A stretch of 60,566 bases of DNA, counting the filler, from Sphacelaria rigidula (taxonomy: Eukaryota): the NCBI GenBank assembly GCA_964200075.2. It is 9 parts of 9 records of this genome, joined end to end, with 100 filler letters (N's around TTAATTAATTAA, not from the genome) between each part and the next. Parts side by side here need not be neighbours in the genome. Positions count along the whole stretch, not along the records: positions 47,187 to 53,826 come from CAXNAA020018892.1; positions 53,927 to 60,566 come from CAXNAA020018893.1; 7 more parts are not named here. One strand, 5' to 3'. Under the pieces are notes generated by a model. It worked only from the letters and a program-made list of their open reading frames with translations. It did not search any database and had not been told where the DNA came from. The translations under genes and the position numbers were made by a program. How positions within the stretch are numbered: the stretch's first letter is position 1; each line of letters begins with the position of its first letter. Shown here piece by piece: positions 50,001-60,566 of the stretch.

Positions 50001-53000
50001 CTCTCGGTCGTGGCGAAGGTGCGATGAGAGTTTGTCTTCACGTCCCCAATTGTCTTTCGACCACTTCCCCCCCGTTCTCGACCCCAATGGGTCATTTGTT
50101 CATGTTCTTCATCAGTTATACCCGATCGTGTGCGTCTTTGACCTCCACACAGAAGGCGGGCTATTTCCGTCGTGCTCGTTCGTGCGGAAGGGCCCCTGGT
50201 GTTTTTGTGCCGGCCAGTCACGTCGGACCCTCGTGCGGCTGACATTCCAAATATGATGCACTTTCGAAGACGTTCGTCCTGCCGGACAAGGACCCCGCGA
50301 GCCATAGTTGATGATTGTGGATGGTCGTCTCGATACGTTTTCAGTTGGTCATCTCGAGCACATATCTGTGAAGAATATTGTTGTAGCTAGTTCACTGCTT
50401 TCTGCAAAATCCGATAACTCGCAGCAGACACCGTGAGCGCTCTTTCCTTCCTGTATTTCTGTTGGAAATCGCATCTTGACGGAAATCTACTAGCATGTAT
50501 GTACTACTCAGCTATGCGATTATCTGCGATATGAAAAGATTCGCGATGTTCTCCGCTGTAAAAATGAGTCTGAACTAGGCGAGCATTGTATGATTCCTAC
50601 TCGAACTAGACTGAGCACAGTCTTTCTAGACGCATCGAAATAGACGTCTAGATCCCTTCTGTGAGTGAGGTCCATCGAAATAGGCAAATCGGTTCTAGGC
50701 GTGTCTTTCAAAAGGTCTGAGTGAGGGGCTTCACCGCTGCAAGTCGTGTCTAGGGGCATGTGAATACCCATACAGCTAGTTAGCGGTGGTTGGGGAGACA
50801 GTAGTACCATCAACTTAAAATACGTGCAGAAGACGAGCGGCATCGGCTCTTCGTAGACTAGCTCTAGCCTGCGTGTGTCTTTACCTTGACTCACCAGGGT
50901 TCCTCGGCATGTGAAAACTGACTCGGAACCTACGAGATTTTGCCACGGTGTGAATCAGAACGGACCACATATTGCAACACGTCTACAATTATTCATCATC
51001 TGCTGCTCCAACACATCGCCCTGCAAACCAGAAAAAGATTATTGCCCGAAGCTTGGATAGATTCCCCTTGAAAGTAAGTTTATCGCTCACAGTGCTATAC
51101 TGTATAGTACACACGTGCCATGCGGATCCGACCATCGTGTAGTGCGATGTATTACTAACCTCGCATCGCCGCACCGTGGGGGGACGTGCACTGTGTCGTT
51201 TTTCCTGGAAAGTACCTACTACCGTCACCATCTATGAAATCTGGGGGGTTCTCCTACCTCTATACAAGAGTATACCCCCCCCCTCTTACCTCAGACCCGC
51301 CCATGATGAGCTTCTTACCAGCTTGGGAGACGTGGTTCACAGCCTGCAGTCGATGGTGCCGATTGGTGAGGTCCATGAAATCAGTGCAGATATGGCTTAG
51401 CACTGGTGTTAAGCAGCCTCAGGTTCAGGGTTTATCCGAACAACTCCTGCATCGCGAGTCTGTGGCAAAGCGCTCACGATTTCTTCGAGATTGTCGGACG
51501 TTCTACGACAACTCCAGACGTTCCTCAGACGTCCGTAGACGCATTATTATGGAAGATATGCTTTTTCGAACAAGTCGCAAACTTTTGAAGAGCTCCAACC
51601 GGCCTACCACTCGTATCGAGTTCTGGCGTTGCTGTTAGATCTCGACTCACTGGCACAGTGCTGATCTCGCTGCAGTGGCGAGCTACACCAACACTAGAGG
51701 CTGATGGGGAAAAACAGCAACAGAATACCAGAATAGCAATCATGGGTCTGCCCGGAGAAACAGGTCTACGGATACAGAGGCACCTGGAGGAGAGAAAGAG
51801 AGACGGAGGGAGGGAGGGAGATGAGGGGGGGGGAGACGATACAGTGGAAGAAACCACAATTATATTGCGGGAAAAGAATAAAGCACACCAAACCGAAAAG
51901 ACTCAGCGAAACACAGAACAAAGCGAATATGTGAAGATAAAGTAACAACAAAGAGGCAACCAACGGCAATAATGGACAACGGAGAATGAAACAAAGCAGT
52001 CAGCCCGGGCGAACTCCGAATGGGGGCGACGAGCGGGTCACGTGCATTCAGTTGGGTAGCTTCTTCGGATGTCTTCGTCTGTTATTTTTCGTGTATTTTT
52101 CCCACTATCGGCTCCTTCCTCGGCCACCCATATCACCATGGATTCCGTCACTCCGTCGTCTGCCCGGCCGCGCCATCGAACGCCGTTCTTGACTGTTGAA
52201 CATACCACAACCATCCAGTTTAAGCTACCAGATATGGCGGTTAATTGTACTACTCTATTTCAGTACCACAACAATCCAGCAGGAAACAACTTGTTTCAAC
52301 TACCGAACGTAAACACTTTCGGAATGCCCGCCTCGTTTGATATTTCATTGCTGCATGTTCTTGTACAATATTACCCTACTGGGGACCACCGTTTTTCGTA
52401 ATGTCGTTGCTGTTACGCGAGGCCCATCAACCTGTTACAGTACCTGTAAACGAGGCGAATGACCTGTTGAAATATAATTGGCTATCGTGGCTTGAATAAA
52501 ATACACAGTGTTCAACTGTCAGTAGACAGGAACAATCGGTTCAACTTGTGAACCCAGCTCTAACAAGAGAGCTCGCAGAGGCTGCACAGTGTTGGTTAAA
52601 CACTTGTTTGTGCGAGAGAAAGGATGCTTGAACTTGCCGCTTCATCTGGGCGTTACTTGACTCAAACACAACCAGTGTCTACTCTTAGAACACTGATAAC
52701 AAACTGGTGACTTCCTTGAGGTGGATCGCTTTGAAGAGTAAATAGCGTGGGGCTATTTCACTCTGTCAATAAAACTCTTGGACACTATAAAACTGTCAAT
52801 CCAAACTGTTGATACCTTAGACTCTTGATACTCAACCCTTCAATAATCTAACAATATACTGACTCTCTGTATACAAGCTATACAGTACATGAGCTATTCA
52901 TCATTCTACGTTAAATATCTCACACACTGCACTACTTCGGTTATTCCGACGATCTTTATTCTAACGATGAACCGTTAATGCTTTTCCCGCTAATCTCGAG

Positions 53001-56000
53001 TATGTATATTCGGAACTGTTGTTTATCAACTTCCAACAGTTGCCTCTGCCCCACTGTTAACTTGGTGCCCACAAAATACTCCACCACTGTAACGTGCAAC
53101 ATAGACATGGTGGAGTATTTGAAAATCATCATCTTCAGCGGTCGGAAAAAATGGGTGCAAGAGTTTGAGGACATGTGGCGACGCGAAGGTGAACGAGGAT
53201 CAGATTGACGTCACAAAAAAGAAGTTGCTGTGTTGAGCTATTCAGAGCAGCACACACAGGCATACCAAATTCCACGCGTACACCGGCATTTTCCAGTGAA
53301 CGCAACACGAGCACACCCGCTCTACTGCCATGCTTCATGCGCGAACAGCAACAGAAATATGACCCAAAAAGCACACCATATCAACCTTCAATCGACAGAA
53401 AACGATTCGGAAATACCAGTCATCTTGTGTTTTCTCATGCTCAACGAGTACCCTTACAAGTTCTTGCTCCTCAGCAATATCCAATCCGGAGCTCACCACT
53501 AAATCTCTCATCTCAGGTGATCCCCGCTTTGTAGGCTTCCAGTCCGCTCCTGCGAAGTAGCAGCACTGGAACCACCACCTTCTGCACACCATAGAGAAAC
53601 AATTCCTTTCGTACGGTAGCTCCTATCAGCCACCTCTAGCACCCCCATGGTGAATCTCAACATGCCATCAAACAGCATATCCTTACCGCCGAGCCAATAC
53701 AACAAATACTCTGCCTCCGCAGAAGCTTGCGCATCGACGATTTCTCCTGTTTCAGACGCTTTTTTAGGCGAAACGAGAGGTGGAACGGGAACAACCATAC
53801 AGTCCCGCATAGCAACAGCTCTCGAGNNNNNNNNNNNNNNNNNNNNNNNNNNNNNNNNNNNNNNNNNNNNTTAATTAATTAANNNNNNNNNNNNNNNNNN
53901 NNNNNNNNNNNNNNNNNNNNNNNNNNACATGTTCCTGGAAGAGAGGTGTCCACGTCAGCACGGAAAGCTGGAGCTGCAGGCAAGGCCAGTGGCTACGGCG
54001 CTCGGATGGCAAGGGATGCATGTCAACATGTACGGAGGAAGCGCTTGATATACAAGAAATATACATCCCACGCGAAAACTCGACAAAATTGGCACTGTGT
54101 TCTCGGAGCCGGTAGAACTGGACTGACTGTACGACGTGAATCACACCTGGGCAGGGCTGAAATTCCCGCTATCAATCCATAACCACTGACGCGTGCCCTC
54201 GACCCCACTTTGACAGCAAGTAAAACGAGGGAAACTCCGCGAAAAGGCCGACCAGGTGCATGTCGGTAAAAGCTCAAGATACCCGCGTGGGAGGCTGCCC
54301 GACGAACTTCGCAGCTTGAATTTGATCCTCCGGACTAGAAGACACCAGCAACCGCCCCCGTAGTGGTCACTTTGTCGTAATGTCTCCCACGCAAGCCATG
54401 GTACTGTCTGTAAGAGGACGTTATCCCCATCCAGAACGGCTTCACGGTGGTCCTTGGCATAGGAAATTGTCCTCTTCGACTCGGCTGTACGGCCACATCT
54501 AGCGCACGACGGGGTATGAAACCGAAGGCCAGCAGCCTCAACGGTGCGACGAAGTCGGACTGGTGATCGTCATCTGTGTTTCTGCGGGCGTAGCGTCAAT
54601 CGAAACGTGGTCCAACCTGAACAACTAGGCTGGCCGCTGCCTCGGCGTCGATATCGTGCCCTCCATAATCGTCGTTCGGAAGTGAAAAATCTTCCGAGCG
54701 AAGGGGCAGCATGGTGCATAATCATCCCTTCAGCTCACGCATGCAGCGTACAAACCGTCTAGGGCCGCCGATACCGTTGAGGCATAGCTACCTGCGGTCT
54801 CAACCTGTACATACTTGAAGTTTCAGTGTCATCAGACGCCAAGTGCGCTGTGTTTCAACGCCCAACCTTTCGAAATACCGCCTCTACACCGATGACAACG
54901 GAACAACACTGTGTACTGCTGTAGTACTGACTGTGACTTGTGAGGTATGCTGGAATCAATGCACTCTCTCGAGACTTCTGAGCCAGTGTGGTAGAGCTTG
55001 ATTACGTGTGTCATTCTCTGCACTAACGACCAGCCAGCAAGACGTGCTTCAGGTCGTTCGTCAGGCTGGGGCCCAAGGGGGTAAACACCATCACACCCCA
55101 TACCGTCCTACGGCACCATCCCCTAGCCTACTGCACGCACGTTTGTTCGGCAAGTTGCGACACTCCGTTACCTATAACTTGTGTGCGTTTTACACGCTGT
55201 CACAAGCGTTTTGTCTTTGTTTGACTTTGGGCGCAAATTAACCCAGATATAAGACACATACGGCATGGTGGCAGCGCTGTCACCGAAATCGTGCGCTTGG
55301 GTTTTCGGAATAATTACCATTTTGCATTGGACAGCACGGATGCAGGGTATACAACACCCGATAAGGTCCAGTACCTACATTTTGTAGATACTTCGCAGTA
55401 GGCATCTGATCGGATACTCTCAAGATCACCCCTTTTTCGGCTGTTTTTGTCCATGGTGTAAGATATCCCACCACTCACTTGATCGGATGAAACTTTCCAC
55501 ACGTTGGACAGATCATGATTCGTCCGAAAATTCCTCGTTCTCAGTATATTCATCTGGTTCACGATCCGCATCATTTGCTCCCCCTTTTTCCAATGTGGGC
55601 TCATTACAGCGCCGGGGGGCGAGCACGCCGAGTAGCATTAAGGTTGCGCTTCGGCTTTTCTGACTCCACGGCTACGTATTTTGTGTTTTTGGACAAACGG
55701 ATTCGAGAGTCTTATTTGAGCAATTGTTTCAGACAAATCATGAAATGTTCGACGTGTGACAACTTTCACGAAGTATCATTACTTGATTTTAGAGTTACAC
55801 TGACCTTCGAATCTTCAGTGGGGCCGATAGTCCCAAGTGCTCCTACCGTAGCGTGAGCAGAACGCGTTTCTGTCCCACTCGGCGCCCCAGGAACTGTTTT
55901 GAATTCTGCGATTGCACGCTTTTCCCAGAGCACCCTCTACACTCTCCTTGCCCGAGGATTCACGGTATACCTGTGGTAGGGGTCGGACTCAGCGTTATTT

Positions 56001-57371
56001 CGAGTGAAACATTTCCACGGAAGTTCTCCAACGAGCGACTCACCCAAGAGACGATACGAGCTCATGCTCTTCGACTGCGACCCCCCTTAGATGGACCCAG
56101 ACAAACCACGCCACATTTGGGGTTCAAAAAAGCTGTTTGTTCACTAAAATAGACAGTCGTTTTTTCCAAGAACATGTGGATGTCGGGCATGTATACATGG
56201 AAGATAGTCATGGAAAACCCCTGACCAATTTGAGGCCTCGCAGTAGAGTACATGTAAACTTACTATGTACCTCTGCAGATATCGGAACGGCTTTTAATGT
56301 GAAGACAACAACAACAACAACAACCTCTTCGCTGAGAAGCTTCCCGTTTTGGTGGGCACATTCTTCTTATGATCCACGAGCGGCGCACGCTGGCAGTCGT
56401 CACTGGTGCAAAATATGCAACCAACATACATCCTGTGCTATCATCCATGCTTCCGCAGCAGTCCTGGTATTGTCAGTGCAGTGCCGCCTCACCTTGAGCT
56501 CATGTGGATCATGCACGCGTGTCACATCTTCTCAACTGCCTCCCCTCTTATCTCACTGTCGGTACTGCTGCTACTCTGCCGTACATATATGATGCGAACT
56601 TTTCCCCATCAGCGGTTGAATGCGTACAACGATAGGAAACCGTCAGCGTGCCCGGGCAAGACCGGCACACCTTGAGCAAGTTCTTATCTTACACGCATGC
56701 CTCATCGTTTCAATTACGCGTGCATCTTCCGTAGTCTTCGTACTACTGCAGGTGTAGCTGATGCTGCTACTCCAGTGTAAAAAAAGCCCACGAACACAGG
56801 CCCGAACGGCATTACACGTGTTCGTTGGATCTTCATGAGCCCCGCACACAAGCATTCGCGTCCTGGATTCATCGTCGGATCTTCCGGGTCTGCGGCCCAA
56901 CCAACAGGGGGCTACAATTTTCTTGGTTGTTGGTTTTTGGCCTTTTGGCCGGATGTAATTCCCCCAAAATGAGAATGATTGTGATTGTTTTGCGGATCTT
57001 CTGCGGAGCCGGGGGTGCGGTCACCACTTGCACAAAAAAGTGTAAAAAGGGTAAAAATGGGTATGCACTTGAGCACTACAGGGGCTCACACATGAAGGAA
57101 AGAGGGCAAGGATAACTTTAGCAGAGAGCAGGGTGTACCCTCCTGGTTTGTCCACAAATGCACTCTCATGGGGTGTCCTTTTCCGCGTCGCAGTCAAGCT
57201 ACATTACGCGTCAGCACCCAAGATTCTTCTATTTTGGCTGAGTTTCGCGTCTTATTTTCTCTCCAATTTCAACACAAATGCTGAAGTCCAATTTTTCATT
57301 GAGTTCAGCACAAATGACTACGGTTCATATTCCCTCATCGAGTTAAAGACCAATGCTAACCTGTAAATTGT

Positions 57372-59452
57372 TCACACCCTGGACAATACAATATGTTTCC
57401 AAAATATATTAGCCGATCATATTGAAGTTTTGCGATATATTGCGGGCGTAATATATATATATATATATATATATTGGTACTCTTGGATCGCACACGTATT
57501 GCGCGCCCGAAATATATTAGTACCGTGGGCTTAAACACACAGTGTCTCATCAATATATATTGGGGCAGTGTGGTTGACGGCATATCGCACGACCAATTTA
57601 TATATATATATTAGGGTCGCATTGGTGAGAACATATTGACCGGTCAATTTATATATTGGATCTGCGTGGGTGTCAATGCATTGGCCGGTCAATATACAGT
57701 GTTGTAGTCCCTTTTATTCTGGGCTACACCTCTCGGTATATGTGGGGGCATCAGCCGGGGTCACACAGGAGGAAGGTCAGCACAGGAGCTTCTTCTTTTT
57801 TTCTGTCAATGTACAGTATATCGGTTATTATAAGTACGGTGCACACTTGAAGAAAGATCCAGACGCGGTGGATACCGGAGCCCGTGCAGATTGGTAAACT
57901 CTTCGAAGGGAGTGGCAGATCTGCGCGTGCATCGCTACCAAGAGTTGTCGAATTCGTTTGAATACTTTTTTTACAAGCCGCACGGGACCTGGGGCTGCGT
58001 CTTTTTTTTTTGAGGGTCTCGGTATTCTTGCCTTGCCAAGCCCTCGTGAGAATAGATCCTCTCTCGAAATGTTCATGCCCGCCGGAAACATTGCAGGACC
58101 ACCGCGATCGCGCGTTCGTTTGAACGGTCGCGAACGCATGTGTACCCCCGCACAAAGTAAAGCACGAGCCCGCTAACCGGGCCCCTAGCATTGGCATTGA
58201 CCCGAACAGTCATCTCCCGGGGCGGGTGCAAAGGAACTTGCACACTACAATCAGCAATAAATCTCGTGGACGCCTCGTTACGAAATATGCTTCACGCTCG
58301 TGAGTTCGAAATATTCTATATATTTACTATACTGGTCAGAAAATATGATGACAGAAGAAGCGATCCGATATATATACCATCTGATACCTATCTGGCCACA
58401 GGTACGGGGCCACCCATCCCCTTCACAGCATGTGATATCTCTCCCGTAAACATCACGATGACAGAAAACGCGGGTCGATATGTGCACCTTTTGGTACCCC
58501 TATGGTAGCCGGTTCTGTGTTGCTTATACCCTGGACAAAACAATGTGTTCCAATATGATACCAATACCTTGTATTGGAAACAGCGCAAGTATTGTCCTTT
58601 CAATATATGTTGTGTAGAGATATCCTCGGAGATATTGAAGCAACAACATATATATTTCGCGTCATGATCGTGAGTTATACATGACAAAATATACTGGACA
58701 TGCATTTGCTCCGGGAATAAAACATTCAATATATATTGTGCGTGTGGGCGGGGTATGTATTGAAGTTTCAATATATATTAAGTCGAACTGATGCGGAACA
58801 TATTGTTGCCATAATATAAATTGAGCGTAAACCATGCGAAAATATTTTTTTCCCAATATATATTGCGCATGCTCATCACATAGCTATTGTACGGCCGATA
58901 TATATTGAACACGCTCGCGGAAGAATATATTGAGCGTTTTCGGCATCTGGTGATACATCTTTCAATCGCGCACATAGAACTGCCCACCATCAATTCCGGT
59001 ACACCTTCCAATTTACGTGTTAAAAATTAAAATATGTTGCTACCCCAATATATATTGTGACCGCCCTTTCCCTCGTGTACTGTCCACCCAATATGTATTG
59101 GACGCATTGACGCACGACATATTGGGGCGGCAATATATATATAGGCGCTTCGGGTGTTGAGTATATTGAACCATCAATATATGTTGACCTCGTGTGGCAG
59201 CCAATAAATTACTCGAAATATACAAGTATTGGTGCCTTACCGCACCAACATACTATTCGGCCAATAAATTTTGAGGTGGCGCGTGTGGTGATATATTGTT
59301 CGGTCGATATAGATTACATGTCGCGAGCCCTGACATATTGACGGCCCAATATATATTGACCCCCCTCTCGTGCCATCGTATCACTGGCCCAATATATATC
59401 GACATATTTAGCGGGAAATATATATTACATATTGTATTGTCCAGGGTGTGAA
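57372..59452. mobile_element. Non-autonomous TIR element(s) with dense subterminal CAATATATATTG-type repeats (CACTA/EnSpm-like architecture)
   Basis: 26-bp perfect TIR TTCACACCCTGGACAATACAATATGT...ACATATTGTATTGTCCAGGGTGTGAA. A second left end lies at ~58528, with many AATATATT motifs at 57390-57700 and 58530-59430. Confidence 0.75.
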
Positions 59453-60566
59453 ATGGCTACAACACCGAAACCTTAAACCTTCAGCATCAAAATCCCATCT
59501 GCCCGGTTCTCCAGCGCTGACGCCTGCTGCAGTACAGTGTGAGAGAATTGATAAAATGGTCGGGCATACTGCCCAGACACTTGTGCGTGGGGCTGAGGAG
59601 CCGGAACGTATTTTCGAGGTGTCCAGCCTGCGTGCAGCGCCGCGCCCCAAATCGAAACATGTGCCACCCTTTCCAGTTCCAAAAGCACCAGGGTGTACCC
59701 GTTTTGGTGATTCGCCATCGAAAAAGTGCGGTGGAATAGGAAATTCGGATAGATTAATCGCTCCAACTCGTGGAATTGATATGAGCAAAAATCGCTCGTT
59801 TTTGTCGAGCTGTATCCAAGAGGATTTTCGAGCGTCGATCGAAGAAAGGCAGTGAAATTTGTGAAACGGTACTTGATCCGTTGTGTACAGTACAGACAGT
59901 CTGTACTGTCTGCACTGTTCGCATGCAGTGTGTCTATGTGTGTGCGTGCGTGTGTGTTGCGTACAGTAGGAACAACTCAAGAATAAGCGGGCAACATGCA
60001 GTACGGAGAGCGCAGGACAATCAGTTTTATTCACTCACTATGCGACGTAAGAATAACTCGTACAGCGTGCAGCTTGATACTGCCAGCACTGTCCATGAGC
60101 GCGACAACCCCCGGTTGTCCACCCTACCACGCCGTTCCATCGCTGATCCCTCCCATGAAAGAAAATACTCAGGTTTTTGCCAACAGAAATAAACAAGGCA
60201 TACCCAATTACTGCATTGTATCCATCCCTGTGCTTACTCGTGTTCTGCGCTGCAGGGTTGCGGTGATGGCTGATAATGAGATATGGAATTTGCACGGTTC
60301 AGTGGGCTGTTCTCATCTGGCGTGGTGGTCTGTAAGATAGGAGTCAAGTACCGCTTCGTGCCGTTCGACCGCATGTTTTTCGATCGAAAAAGTTTATTAT
60401 TTGTCTTCGATGTTTTTCCTCCGCGCGCCACTAGTGATAATTTCAAGTTGAAGCCTTTTGGAACAGAAATGTGGTGGACTTCACAGGCACCGTAGGGAAG
60501 GTACCGTACCGAGCGTACCCCCGGTATTTACCGGGATATCCCATACCGTGTTATGCGTAGGTATCG

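Noticed and set aside
53927..55100. Possible Ty3/gypsy RNase H remnant with a methyltransferase-like insert (WALK..., HLVGLFA)
   Set aside because: The motifs are too short and frameshifted to support by eye; a frameshift-aware profile search is needed.

Overview
This is eukaryotic nuclear DNA, most likely from a brown alga (Phaeophyceae). That is an inference from the short exons in long repeat-filled introns, an axonemal dynein and TTAGGG-like tracts. The window is NOT contiguous: nine unrelated contigs of 6641/6640 bp are joined by 100-bp linkers (44 N + TTAATTAATTAA + 44 N), so adjacency across linkers has no biological meaning. Recognisable gene fragments are (1) four 3' exons of a Gly-rich fibre-like repeat protein ending in an intact peptidase-S74 autocleaving chaperone domain, (2) three exons of an axonemal dynein heavy chain, (3) the last exon of an organellar-type methionyl-tRNA synthetase, (4) two 3' exons of a divergent SKP1-like gene and (5) the last exon of a small Cys-rich protein resembling the zygote-specific class V family. 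The remainder is mostly mobile DNA: a decayed Academ/DUF6589-like transposase, a possible hAT remnant, a Ty1/copia RNase H remnant, several MITE and foldback families (one carrying telomere-like repeats), retroposon 3' tails, a tRNA-derived SINE head and microsatellites. The best novelty candidates are the intron-containing viral-fibre-like S74 gene, the Academ-like element and the telomere-repeat MITE. All family assignments come from motif recognition by eye; no searches were run.
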